Assembly (NCBI GenBank): GCA_033761915.1
Contig: JANRMC010000200.1
Coordinates: 1,007 to 65,006, forward strand
Source of the DNA: Flavihumibacter sp.
GTDB lineage: Bacteria; Bacteroidota; Bacteroidia; Chitinophagales; Chitinophagaceae
Direction: 5' to 3'
DNA: 64,000 nt
This document shows positions 44,683 through 54,399 of the stretch, in pieces. Position 1 is the first letter of the stretch; every line of letters starts with the position of its first letter. The notes under the pieces are model-generated. The model did not search any database. It had not been told where the DNA came from and saw only the letters and a list, made by a program, of their open reading frames with translations. A program made the position numbers and the translations under genes.

Positions 44683-47376
44683 ATGAGTAAGTTTTTAGTA
44701 ATACTGTTGCTATTATGTTGCAGTCTTAATACCATTGCCACCAATTATTATTCGCAACAATCGGGCGATCCGGCTGTGCTCAGCAACTGGAATAGTTTAC
44801 CGGCCGGTGGCGGTGCAGTACCTGTATCGTTTATCAATCCTTCTGATCATTTCATTATTCAAAACGGACATAGTTTAGTTACCACCAACAATTGGGTAAT
44901 TGGCGCTGCCAATGCCACTACGCAATTAACCATACAAGCCGGCGGTGTGTTGCAGGCAGATTACCCGGTGTTGTTTACCGGTCAGTTTTATATTTTGGAT
45001 GGAGGCGCTTATATACATAATAATAAAGAAACCACTTCTGGTGTAGCAGGTGCCAGTATTTTTGGCGGCGCAGAATTTTTCAGCAGCAACAGCAATGTAG
45101 AAATAAGAAACTGGATTGATAATATTGTGGCGTTGCCAGCCACCATCAGCTGGGGCAATTTAATTTTAAATTATACGGATGCCACCATTGGTAATTGGAA
45201 CCAGGATGGAGACCTGACTACCATACAAGGCGATTTTATTGTAAGAAATACGGGAGTGGCTCAGGAGTTCAGATTGACCACCAATACCAACACCACATTA
45301 ACTATTGGTGGCAATTTAATTATTGAAGGAGGAATACTACGGTTAAAAAACGGAAGTACTGCAGGACGCAGTTGCCTGGTAATGGTGAATGGATCTGTAC
45401 AGGTTGCTAACGGCACTTTGCATATGGGTCAGGCAGATGCCATACCCAATTGTGAGCTACGCTTCAGAGGAAACTTGGTGGTTGCAGCAACCGCAACAGT
45501 AATTGCAGCAGATGCACAGGCTTTTTTAGTTGCTGATGGCACCGGTGCCACACAAAATATAAACTGCGCTATTGCCATCAATTGCAATTACAGGGTAGAG
45601 TCACTTGCTGTAACTGCATTGCAAAATAATTTTACTACTGCTGCAGGTAAAAGTTTTGTTGTTGCCGGCAGTTGCCAGGCGGGTGCTTTCAATATTAATA
45701 GTGGCGGCTCTTTAACGGTAACCGGCGTGTTAAACAGCAACGGGCTTGTAAATATGAATACCAATAATTGTACGGTTTGCAGAGGCAATGCCAGTTATAT
45801 TAGTGGTAGTTGGTGTAATACTTTGGGCGTTGGCAGCATTGGGCAATTACAATTAAATGCCGCCAGTTTAGTTTTTAATCAGTCGGCCAGCAGCCAGTTG
45901 TATGCGGGCATTGCAAACTCAAAAGGCGAAGTGTATGCCACTAATGGTACAGTGATTAATTTTAACGGAGCTGGTGTTGCCGGCGGCGAGCTTGCTATTA
46001 ATGGAAACGGCGTCTTAAGTTTTGATGAAACCAGCTATGCAGCTGGCAATGCTTTTTATAATGCTTATGGTGGCCTTCTCAGAACTGCAGCAGCGGATGG
46101 ATTAACCCCTGCCGGAGTATTTAATGCAGGAAGTATAAGAACGACCCAATTGAAAAACTATGATGCCAGCAGCAGCAATAGCTTTGAATATTTTGGAAGT
46201 ATGCAACAACAAACAGGGTTGGGGCTGCCTGTAATTATAGATGGCGAACTGAAAATAAATAATACCAGCAGTGCAGGTGTAACACTTACTCAGGCTACAA
46301 CTGTAAGTGGTGCTTTTAATTTAACCAATGGAAGGTTAAAGACTGATATTGTGAATTTATTATCGCTAACAGATAATATTACCATGACAGGAGGTGGCGT
46401 TCAGTCTTTTGTAGATGGCCCTTTGCAAAAAACAGGAGATGATAATTTTGTGTTTCATGTAGGAAAGCAAAGTGACTATGCCCCCATTAGTATGAGTGGT
46501 ACCGGCGCCGTTACCGATGTTTTTACGGCGGAGTATTTTATTGGCAACCCAAAACTGGTGTATGGTTCCGTTTTCTTTTTGCCAATAATAAGAGTAAGCG
46601 GGTTAGAATACTGGACCTTGCAGCAGACCAGCGGAACTGGTGTGAAAAATGTTACACTTAGTGTAAGAACGTACAGTGATGCAACAGATATCAGTCGTTT
46701 ATTGGTAGTACGTTGGGATGGTGCAGAATGGAGGAATGAAGGCAATGCTGCATATACTGGTATTTCAACCGGAACGATTACCAGTTTGCCGGTAAGCGGT
46801 TATGGCGCTTTTACAATGGCAAGTGATATTATTAATGCCAATCCATTGCCTGCGTTAACTATTTATTTTGCGGCATTGCCGGGCAAAGGCAGTGTTTTGC
46901 TGCAGTTTAATTTAAACAATTGCTGTGCTGCCAAAGAGCTGGTGATTGAAAAAAGCACTGATGGAAAATTATTTGCGCCCATTAGCTATATCAATAACCC
47001 CGGTAACATAATGATGCATGTGTTTACAGATTACAACTTTATAAACGATACATATTATCGTTTGAGGATTAAAACTGCAACGGGCAGAATTTTGTATTCT
47101 GCAGTACAGAAAGCTGTTATTAAAAAAGAAGAAAACCAATTACAGGTGCTGCAACAAAATAAAGACCTGCGTTTGCAAATAAATGCAGTAACAGCCATGC
47201 AAAGTACCATTACTCTTACTAATACCAGCGGCGTAACGGTACAACAAATAGCATGGGGTTTACAAAAAGGAGATAATGTGCTGCAGATTCCGGTACAGCA
47301 TTTGTCTGCAGGCATTTATATTTTACAAATGCAAACAGGAAGCAAAATGCAGCGGGTTAAGTTTTTAATAAGGTAG
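44683..47376 (+). CDS. secreted repetitive protein with T9SS type-A C-terminal sorting domain, paralog C (more divergent)
   Basis: 897 aa with a signal peptide (MSKFLVILLLLCCSLNTIA). It has the same module order (LSNWNSLPAGGG; FVDGPL, VGKQSDY, AEYF, EYWTLQQTSG; YYRLRIKTATG). The CTD ends YILQMQTGSKMQRVKFLIR. Confidence 0.82.
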   Translation: MSKFLVILLLLCCSLNTIATNYYSQQSGDPAVLSNWNSLPAGGGAVPVSFINPSDHFIIQNGHSLVTTNNWVIGAANATTQLTIQAGGVLQADYPVLFTGQFYILDGGAYIHNNKETTSGVAGASIFGGAEFFSSNSNVEIRNWIDNIVALPATISWGNLILNYTDATIGNWNQDGDLTTIQGDFIVRNTGVAQEFRLTTNTNTTLTIGGNLIIEGGILRLKNGSTAGRSCLVMVNGSVQVANGTLHMGQADAIPNCELRFRGNLVVAATATVIAADAQAFLVADGTGATQNINCAIAINCNYRVESLAVTALQNNFTTAAGKSFVVAGSCQAGAFNINSGGSLTVTGVLNSNGLVNMNTNNCTVCRGNASYISGSWCNTLGVGSIGQLQLNAASLVFNQSASSQLYAGIANSKGEVYATNGTVINFNGAGVAGGELAINGNGVLSFDETSYAAGNAFYNAYGGLLRTAAADGLTPAGVFNAGSIRTTQLKNYDASSSNSFEYFGSMQQQTGLGLPVIIDGELKINNTSSAGVTLTQATTVSGAFNLTNGRLKTDIVNLLSLTDNITMTGGGVQSFVDGPLQKTGDDNFVFHVGKQSDYAPISMSGTGAVTDVFTAEYFIGNPKLVYGSVFFLPIIRVSGLEYWTLQQTSGTGVKNVTLSVRTYSDATDISRLLVVRWDGAEWRNEGNAAYTGISTGTITSLPVSGYGAFTMASDIINANPLPALTIYFAALPGKGSVLLQFNLNNCCAAKELVIEKSTDGKLFAPISYINNPGNIMMHVFTDYNFINDTYYRLRIKTATGRILYSAVQKAVIKKEENQLQVLQQNKDLRLQINAVTAMQSTITLTNTSGVTVQQIAWGLQKGDNVLQIPVQHLSAGIYILQMQTGSKMQRVKFLIR

Positions 47377-47378
47377 AG

Positions 47379-47780
47379 TTATTTTTTGACAAGCTTTTTT
47401 TTCTTGCTTTTTAGCGGACTTATTTTCTTTTTTTTGGCTTCTTCATTCCATGCGGCAGCGGCAGCTATTATTTCTGGTAATTCAAGCCGCTGAATATCTT
47501 TTTTATTACGGATAACTAATGAAGCTACAATGGCCCGCCCCCGGTCTTCTAATTGCGGAAAGGCTTCCATAAGATCAATACCCCGGCAGAAGCCAATATC
47601 TATTCCGTCTTTAACAGGGTTAAGAAAACAAAACATGCCATGATAATGATAAAAGGGGATTTTATAACTCAGCTTCTCTTCAATACCCGGCACAATGCTG
47701 TGTAACAGTTTTCTTAACTGTTGGGCAATAATTGCTTTTTCCTCTGGCAGTGCATCAATATAAATATCAACCGCTTTCAT
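47379..47780 (-). CDS. DUF1801 (YdhG-like) domain protein
   Basis: 133 aa starting MKAVDIYIDALPEEKAIIAQQLRKLLHSIVPGIEEKLSYKIPFYHYHG, with a Lys-rich tail. It converges on paralog C with only 2 nt between the two stops. Confidence 0.7.
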   Translation of the reverse strand: MKAVDIYIDALPEEKAIIAQQLRKLLHSIVPGIEEKLSYKIPFYHYHGMFCFLNPVKDGIDIGFCRGIDLMEAFPQLEDRGRAIVASLVIRNKKDIQRLELPEIIAAAAAWNEEAKKKKISPLKSKKKKLVKK

Positions 47781-47786
47781 TTGTAA

Positions 47787-49979
47787 TCAGGCATTGAGCA
47801 GTTTGGTTATTTTCTTTTTGTAAGCTACCAATGCTTTTTTCTCCTGTGCTATAAAACTATTATCATCTAATGAACCAATAACAGTATTCATCTCTTCAAC
47901 GCTTTCATACACCATGCTGCGAAAGGGGTTGCTGTAATCTTTTGCCCGGCTTTCAAAAATGCCTTTTGTCATCCATTCTTTAGTAACCACACTTTGCTGA
48001 AGCAGGGTAACCAGTTGTTCTTTTTGGTTAATTTTTTGACCGGTTAGTTTTTGTAAAGCGGCTAAAGCATGTTGCAGTTTTTGCAAATGGTATGCACCCG
48101 ATTGCTGCGCATAAAAGCTATGTACCTGCTGCCAGTTTTTAACTTTACCTGTTTTCACCTGTTTTAAAAATGCCTGCAATTCATTCTCTTTAATCAGTTG
48201 TCCGCCCACATTTCTCCACGGTGTAATAGCAGTGGCTGCCGGAAGTTTTTTAAGCAGACTGCGCAGGTTAGTTATGCTATTTGCATCTTTAAATTGAACG
48301 AGCTGTTGCGCTGCATAATACGCTATCAGCTCTTTAAAGAGATGGTATACCCTGGGAACCTTTAAAAGGATTACTTTTCGATCAGTATTTTCAATGCCGG
48401 GGGCTGTGTATTCTAATTCTTTTAATACTGCGTTATTGCTTTCTAATAATTTTTGACCGGTTTTTACAGCCTGCTCTTTTGTAAGAGTTAGCTTATTTTT
48501 TAAAGCATAGGCGTTTCCGGTAATTTCTTTAAACAACTGTATTGAATGCAATATTTCGTTTACAGTGTCTGGAGCCAGAAAATCGTATTCTATCAGTTGT
48601 GTTTTATCGGTGCGTTTATCACGGTCAATATATTTCCATGCATTGCGTGCCAATGCATACATGTTGTATAAAAACCAGTAACCGGGCATAATTACCAATT
48701 CATCCTTACTAACATCATTACTTACCAGCGCAAAAGGAAAAGGAATGTTTAATTCTGCCGGGTAATCGCCTTTGGCCAATATTGCATAAGAAGCAAATTT
48801 TGAATTGTGTTTCAGGCTTACACAGAGGCCAGGCCAAAAACCACGGCCCGCAATAATTTCTCCATCCGGGCTGCGGCTGTTATGATTGGAACCAATGGTG
48901 GCACCGGCTGCCATATTGGTTTGCCCCATTACAAGGGCTGCACACAAAAATGAGTTGTTATGGTGTTGCTCGTGTGCCGGAAAAATTAATGAGTTTAATA
49001 CCTCGCAGCAGGATATGGTGGCATTATTGCCAAGATAAGAATTGATGAGCCGAGCACCGTATTTGAGTTGCGAATGGGAGGCCATTACAAACCGTACAGC
49101 TTTTACACCATAAAAAACCCGGCAGCCTTCGCCAATGATGCCGTTTACCATTTCGCACCCTTCACCTACCTGTGTTTTGGCAAATACATTGGAGTTGATG
49201 GTAAGGTTTTTTAATTTGGTGGCGCCTTTTATGTAAGCATCTGAACCAATCCAAACGTCTTTTAAAATATAGGTGTTCTTAATAACGGTTCTGTCTCCAA
49301 TCATACCATAATAGCCGCGGCTGGTATCAAATTGGTTGTCTGTAAAAGTTTTAAAAGCTTCCTGAATGGCATCATCGTTTCTAAACCGGCTCCAGAGATA
49401 GGCATCGCCCGGAAGCATATCATTAAAGGGGATGATTTTACGGCCACCGTTTTCATTACATACTTCCAGCCAGATGCGATTGCGTTCGTCCTCACCTTGT
49501 TTTACTATGCCGTTGCCAAAGCGTGCATAATCGGTGGTGGCCAGTTCGTTTACATTTACAATCATTACTTCATTACCGATAATGTAATGCGATAGATAAT
49601 TGCAATTATCCACTACCACATTATCTCCCAGATCTGTGCTGATGATGGTACTGTTGTAAAGACCCACAGGGCGGCGCAGGTTATGAAACTCCAGATAAAA
49701 ACGTTCTAACTTACCAATGCGCACCAGGCCGTAGAACTTGCAGTTTTGTACCAGTTCTGGTGTAAATGCATCGGAAACAAGAATGCGGTTCCAATCATCG
49801 GATGTATTGCGGTTGCGTACCAGTACTTCTATTTCATAGGCTGTTAACTGACGATAACTGATGCCGTTTCGGTTTTGTTTATTGCGGAGGTAATATTCAT
49901 CTTTATCGGCAGGCAGGTATTGTGCCGGAATAAAATTATACCCCAATGTTTCTACGGGGCTTTTTCTGATGATATTCAT
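47787..49979 (-). CDS. DUF4954-family left-handed-beta-helix protein
   Basis: 730 aa. The N-terminus is YRQLTAYEIEVLVRNRNTSDDWNRILV, followed by long hexapeptide-like repeats (GEGCEMVNGIIGEGCRVFYGVKAVRFVMASHSQLKYGARLINSYLGNNATISCCEVLNSLIF) and a helical C-terminal extension. Confidence 0.6.
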   Translation of the reverse strand: MNIIRKSPVETLGYNFIPAQYLPADKDEYYLRNKQNRNGISYRQLTAYEIEVLVRNRNTSDDWNRILVSDAFTPELVQNCKFYGLVRIGKLERFYLEFHNLRRPVGLYNSTIISTDLGDNVVVDNCNYLSHYIIGNEVMIVNVNELATTDYARFGNGIVKQGEDERNRIWLEVCNENGGRKIIPFNDMLPGDAYLWSRFRNDDAIQEAFKTFTDNQFDTSRGYYGMIGDRTVIKNTYILKDVWIGSDAYIKGATKLKNLTINSNVFAKTQVGEGCEMVNGIIGEGCRVFYGVKAVRFVMASHSQLKYGARLINSYLGNNATISCCEVLNSLIFPAHEQHHNNSFLCAALVMGQTNMAAGATIGSNHNSRSPDGEIIAGRGFWPGLCVSLKHNSKFASYAILAKGDYPAELNIPFPFALVSNDVSKDELVIMPGYWFLYNMYALARNAWKYIDRDKRTDKTQLIEYDFLAPDTVNEILHSIQLFKEITGNAYALKNKLTLTKEQAVKTGQKLLESNNAVLKELEYTAPGIENTDRKVILLKVPRVYHLFKELIAYYAAQQLVQFKDANSITNLRSLLKKLPAATAITPWRNVGGQLIKENELQAFLKQVKTGKVKNWQQVHSFYAQQSGAYHLQKLQHALAALQKLTGQKINQKEQLVTLLQQSVVTKEWMTKGIFESRAKDYSNPFRSMVYESVEEMNTVIGSLDDNSFIAQEKKALVAYKKKITKLLNA

Positions 49980-50011
49980 ATCGAAAGGTTTCTTGATACT
50001 ACAATTTAATT

Positions 50012-50043
50012 AAAAAAGTCACGGCAACAGTATTGCCATGACT
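50012..50043 (-). terminator. rho-independent terminator of glmS (minus strand)
   Basis: On the minus strand: AGTCATGGCAA-TACTG-TTGCCGTGACT followed by TTTTTTA. It lies just after repeat arm PE-14. Confidence 0.75.
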
Positions 50044-50082
50044 TGTGTTCCTTGTATATTTTCTGCTGCCAATGGTATTTCT

Positions 50083-50135
50083 GCTGAAGTGTGCGACGCA
50101 AGGATGCTGCTAATAGTACCGATGCTGGCTACCCC
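50083..50135. repeat. palindromic element PE-14 (right arm only)
   Basis: GCTGAAGTGTGCGACGCAAGGATGCTGCTAATAGTACCGATGCTGGCTACCCC. It directly abuts the glmS stop codon at 50136-50138. Confidence 0.8.
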
Positions 50136-51971
50136 TTATTCAACAGTGACACTTTTAGCAAGGTTTCTTGGTTTATCTACATCCAGGCCTTTTGCCACAC
50201 CTACATAATAACTGAGCAACTGCAACGGAATTACGCTTAACATGGGTGCTACAATTTCATCTGCTTCGGGTACCACAATCACATCGTCGGCCATGCCACG
50301 GATGGTGTCATCGCTTTCGCTGATGACTGCAATTACTTTTCCTTTGCGGGCTTTAATTTCTTGTATGTTGCTTACAATTTTTTCGTAGTAAGAGTCTTTG
50401 GTGGCTACAAATACCACGGGCAGGTTTTCATCTACCAGTGCAATGGGGCCATGTTTCATTTCTGCAGCGGGATAACCTTCTGCATGGATATAAGAAATTT
50501 CTTTAAGCTTTAAGGCGCCTTCTAATGCAATGGGGAAATTGTAGCCACGGCCCAGGTATAAAAAGTCTTTGGCGTCTTTATACTTATCTGCTATGCGTTT
50601 TATATTGTCAGTGTCTTTTAAGGCCAGTGCTACTTTCTCTGGTATGTCATTCATTTCGTTTAGCAGATGCATATAGCGTTCTGTGCTGATGGTGCCTTTG
50701 TAATGTGCAATTTTTAAAGCCACCATGGTTAGTACGGCTAACTGTGCGGTAAAAGCCTTGGTGCTGGCCACGCCAATTTCGGGTCCGGCGTGGGTATAAG
50801 CACCGCTATGCGAAGCACGGGCAATAGAAGACCCCACCACATTTAAAATACCGAAGATGATGGCACCTTGTTCTTTTGCTTTTTCTATTGCTACCAGGGT
50901 ATCTGCCGTTTCACCACTTTGTGATATGGCAATAATTACATCTCCTTTATTTACGATGGGGTTTCTGTATCTGAACTCTGATGCATATTCAACTTCTACC
51001 GGTATGCGGCACAACTCTTCAATAACATATTCTGCCACCAGGCCGGCATGCCAGCTGGTGCCACAGGCAATAATTAATATGCGGGGTGCATTTTTTAATT
51101 GTTCAATATAGTTCTGCACACCACTCATGGTAATGGTGCCGGTGGTGGCATCTAAGCGGCCCCGTAAACAATCGTGAATGGTGTGTGGCTGTTCAAAAAT
51201 CTCTTTGATCATGAAATGATCGTATCCTCCTTTTTCAATGGCGGCCAGCTCAAGATCCAGCTTTTGTATATAAGGGGTAATTTTTTCATTGCCCAGGTTT
51301 TTCAAAATCATTTCGTCGGCTTTTAAAATGGCCAACTCATAATCGTTTACATACACCACTTCTTTTGTGTATTCTATAATGGGCGATGCATCGGAGGCTA
51401 AAAAATGTTCTCCTTTGCCAACGCCGATTACCAACGGACTGCCTTTGCGGGCGGCAATGATAGTATCGGGGTTATCCTGATCTATTAAAATAATTACATA
51501 AGCGCCTACCACACGGCGTAATGCAATACGGATGGCTTCTTCTAAGCCACAATTGTTATTTTCTTGTATGTCTTGTATAAAGTTGAGGAGTACTTCTGTA
51601 TCGGTATCGCTTTTAAACTGATAGCCTTTTTTTTGCAGCTCTTGTTTTAGCTGGGCATAGTTTTCAATAATACCATTATGTATCATGGCTATTTTGCCGT
51701 TTGCACTCATGTGGGGGTGTGCATTACGGTCGCTGGGTTCTCCGTGGGTGGCCCAACGGGTATGGCCAATGCCAATATGCGAGTGAAGGTCTTTGCCAAC
51801 CAGGCTCTCTTCCAACTCCGCAACCTTTCCTTTTTTCTTGTACACCTTAAGGCCACCGTTTAAAAGGGCCACGCCACTACTGTCGTAGCCGCGGTATTCT
51901 AATCTTTTTAAACCTTTTAATACGATAGGATAGGCTTCTCTGGGTCCGATGTATGCAACAATGCCGCACAT
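50136..51971 (-). CDS. glmS: glutamine--fructose-6-phosphate aminotransferase (isomerizing)
   Basis: 611 aa with an N-terminal nucleophile (MCGIVAYIG), two SIS domains and a C-terminal NLAKSVTVE. Confidence 0.96.
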   Translation of the reverse strand: MCGIVAYIGPREAYPIVLKGLKRLEYRGYDSSGVALLNGGLKVYKKKGKVAELEESLVGKDLHSHIGIGHTRWATHGEPSDRNAHPHMSANGKIAMIHNGIIENYAQLKQELQKKGYQFKSDTDTEVLLNFIQDIQENNNCGLEEAIRIALRRVVGAYVIILIDQDNPDTIIAARKGSPLVIGVGKGEHFLASDASPIIEYTKEVVYVNDYELAILKADEMILKNLGNEKITPYIQKLDLELAAIEKGGYDHFMIKEIFEQPHTIHDCLRGRLDATTGTITMSGVQNYIEQLKNAPRILIIACGTSWHAGLVAEYVIEELCRIPVEVEYASEFRYRNPIVNKGDVIIAISQSGETADTLVAIEKAKEQGAIIFGILNVVGSSIARASHSGAYTHAGPEIGVASTKAFTAQLAVLTMVALKIAHYKGTISTERYMHLLNEMNDIPEKVALALKDTDNIKRIADKYKDAKDFLYLGRGYNFPIALEGALKLKEISYIHAEGYPAAEMKHGPIALVDENLPVVFVATKDSYYEKIVSNIQEIKARKGKVIAVISESDDTIRGMADDVIVVPEADEIVAPMLSVIPLQLLSYYVGVAKGLDVDKPRNLAKSVTVE

Positions 51972-52190
51972 AGTGTATTGAATTTGTTTTTGTTTGGTTT
52001 TAACGCGAATGTGAATGCAATATTATTAAAAATTAAGGCATTAAGAGTAAATCCTTAACAGAAGCGGCCTATTTGAAAAGCGGCTGCCTTATTGTGCAGG
52101 CCTCTTTGCGTTTTTTTGCCGAACTGAATTGAAGGTTTCTGTTAACTGCCGTAATTGTATTTACCGCTATCTTTAGCTTTTAATACATAT

Positions 52191-53357
52191 ATGCGTTATC
52201 TTATTATTTTATTATTGGCCATTACTGTGGTTTTAAATATTGGTTGTACAGCCCAGCCATCAAATCCGTCATCAGTTGAATATAAATGGCAGCAGTTTGT
52301 AATGGGGGCCGATCTCTCTTATGTAAACCAGATTGAAGATGCCGGAGGTGTTTATAAAAAAAACAACCAGGTGGCGGATGCCTATAATATTTTTAAGCAA
52401 GCGGGTTGTAATACGGTTCGTATACGGTTATGGAACAACCCCAGCTGGCAATTGCAATTAACCGGTGGTAAACTGTACGCCAATTTACAAGATGCGGCTA
52501 AAAGCATTGCCCGTGCAAAGGCCTTGGGTATGGCCGTTAATTTAGACCTGCATTATTCTGATGACTGGGCCGACCCCAACAAACAGGAAATACCTGCCGC
52601 GTGGAAAAACCTTTCACTACCCGTAATGCAGGATTCAGTATATCAGTTTACTTTACAGGTATTGCAATACCTGGCCAGCCGCAATCTGGTGCCGGAAATG
52701 ATACAAGTGGGTAACGAAACCACCAACGGCATGCTTTGGCCATTGGGTAAAATACAAAACGATACCGGCTGGGTGGCTTTTGGCGCTTTATTAAACAGCG
52801 GTATTAAAGCCGTAAGAGACTTCTCTAAAACCAGCACAACAAAGCCGCAAATTATTTTGCACGTAGCCCAAATACAATACACCGGTTGGTGGACACAAAA
52901 CCTGCTTACCAAATCCGGCGTTACTGATTTTGATATACTGGGCATCTCTCATTATTACAAATGGAGCACTGTAAACCAGATGACCGCTATTGGCGATAGC
53001 CTGCGTTCTTTTAAACAACGTTTTGGAAAAAAAGTAATGATTGTTGAAACAGCCTTTCCGTGGACGAACAGTAATAACGATAGTTACAATAATATTTTTT
53101 ACAGCACCGGCGATACTGTTGCCGGTTTTTCTATCACACAACAAGGCCAGCAAGAATACCTGCGCCAGTTAACCCAGCAAATAATTAATGCTAAATGCGA
53201 TGGTATTATGTATTGGGAGCCGGCATGGATCACTTCTCCTTTAAAAGACCGCTGGGGCACTGGCAGCTCTTGGGAGAATGCGGCTTTTTTTGATTTTAAC
53301 GGCAACTTTATAGAAGGCATTAATTTTATGAAATACCCGTATAAATTTCCGCAGTAA
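52191..53357 (+). CDS. GH53 arabinogalactan endo-beta-1,4-galactanase
   Basis: ORF track 52155..53357, with ATG at 52191 (MRYLIILLLAITVVLNIGC, a possible lipobox). It has MGADLSYVNQIEDAGGVY, VRIRLWNNP, the acid/base Glu (QVGNETTNGMLWP) and the nucleophile region (VMIVETAFPW). Confidence 0.85.
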   Translation: MRYLIILLLAITVVLNIGCTAQPSNPSSVEYKWQQFVMGADLSYVNQIEDAGGVYKKNNQVADAYNIFKQAGCNTVRIRLWNNPSWQLQLTGGKLYANLQDAAKSIARAKALGMAVNLDLHYSDDWADPNKQEIPAAWKNLSLPVMQDSVYQFTLQVLQYLASRNLVPEMIQVGNETTNGMLWPLGKIQNDTGWVAFGALLNSGIKAVRDFSKTSTTKPQIILHVAQIQYTGWWTQNLLTKSGVTDFDILGISHYYKWSTVNQMTAIGDSLRSFKQRFGKKVMIVETAFPWTNSNNDSYNNIFYSTGDTVAGFSITQQGQQEYLRQLTQQIINAKCDGIMYWEPAWITSPLKDRWGTGSSWENAAFFDFNGNFIEGINFMKYPYKFPQ

Positions 53358-53423
53358 ACAAAAAAGAGATTAGCCGGTAAGAAAACAAGTTATTTTCTTC
53401 TTTTCTTTCCGGCTAAAGGTTTA

Positions 53424-54332
53424 TTAATAGCCCCAGTCTTTCATGATGGCAATATTTTCTTTAGCACATTCCAATGGAGATTTGCCCTGATAGGCTTCCT
53501 GCTCAATAATATAATGAATGGTGCCACCGCTTTTTTTACAAATGTCTATTACATCTTTAACACCCACAATGCCCTTGCCTAAAATGGTACTCTCATATTT
53601 TTCATGCCCTCCACTGGCCAGTATTTCATCTTTAACATGCAAAGAAGCAAAACGCCCCGGAAACTGGTTTACCACATCAATGGCTTTTGCACCACCATTG
53701 TATAAATTACCAGTATCTAATTGTTGTATCACCAGTTTGGCATCGGTGCTGGAAAGCATAATGTCGTACACCGTTTGATTGTTCAGGCGCTGACTAAATT
53801 CAAAATCGTGGTTGTGATAACCAAACTTCATCCCGCTTTTGCGGCACAGCTCTCCGCATTTGTTAAATACCTCCATTGCATGTTTCAGGCGGTCGTACGT
53901 GTTTCTCCATTTTTCATCCAGCCAGGGGCTAATTACAAAAGTTTGTCCCACCACGGCGGCGTCTTCAACGGTATATTTCCAGCTGTCTGTAAAATCTTTT
54001 TTGGTGTCGTCCCAATGGTTCATGGCCAGCACTGTGTGGCCGCTGGGCATTTTCATACCCAAATCGCTCAATACTTTTTTAAATTCTTTGGCGGTGTAGC
54101 CATAAAATTTACGGTTTACATAATTAGCATGCTCAACATATTTGTAGCCAAAGCCAGCCAGTTTTTTTAATGTATCCAACGGGTCTTTCATCATCTCTGC
54201 TCTAACAGAATACAGTTGTATACCGGTTAACGCTTTTTGCTTAAGAAAAGAACCAAGGTTGGTATTCAGCAGGCTGGCACCGGCAAGCAGGGTGCTGGTG
54301 TTTTTAATAAAACTGCGGCGGGTGTGTTGCAT
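53424..54332 (-). CDS. sugar phosphate isomerase/epimerase (xylose-isomerase-like TIM barrel) with Tat-type signal
   Basis: 302 aa with a twin-Arg leader (MQHTRRSFIKNTSTLLAGASLL). FGYHNHDFEF and LHVKD are metal-site motifs. Confidence 0.78.
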   Translation of the reverse strand: MQHTRRSFIKNTSTLLAGASLLNTNLGSFLKQKALTGIQLYSVRAEMMKDPLDTLKKLAGFGYKYVEHANYVNRKFYGYTAKEFKKVLSDLGMKMPSGHTVLAMNHWDDTKKDFTDSWKYTVEDAAVVGQTFVISPWLDEKWRNTYDRLKHAMEVFNKCGELCRKSGMKFGYHNHDFEFSQRLNNQTVYDIMLSSTDAKLVIQQLDTGNLYNGGAKAIDVVNQFPGRFASLHVKDEILASGGHEKYESTILGKGIVGVKDVIDICKKSGGTIHYIIEQEAYQGKSPLECAKENIAIMKDWGY

Positions 54333-54399
54333 AGCAATCTATTTTTATTGTTGTTGCTGAAGCTACACAAAAACCCTGTTTTTATAAAATGAAATGTAA

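Noticed and set aside
51972-52190. glmS ribozyme upstream of glmS, and a possible very degenerate repeat copy (TTGCGTTTTTTTGCCGAACTGAATTGAAGG)
   Set aside because: I see no glmS-ribozyme-like conserved core. The repeat similarity rests on a few short strings, too weak to call.
53370-53416. Hairpin TTAGCCGG-(31 nt)-CCGGCTAA between the convergent GH53 and isomerase genes, as a terminator
   Set aside because: The stem is only 8 bp, the loop is very long and there is no clean T-tract on either side. It may be functional, but I cannot support the call.
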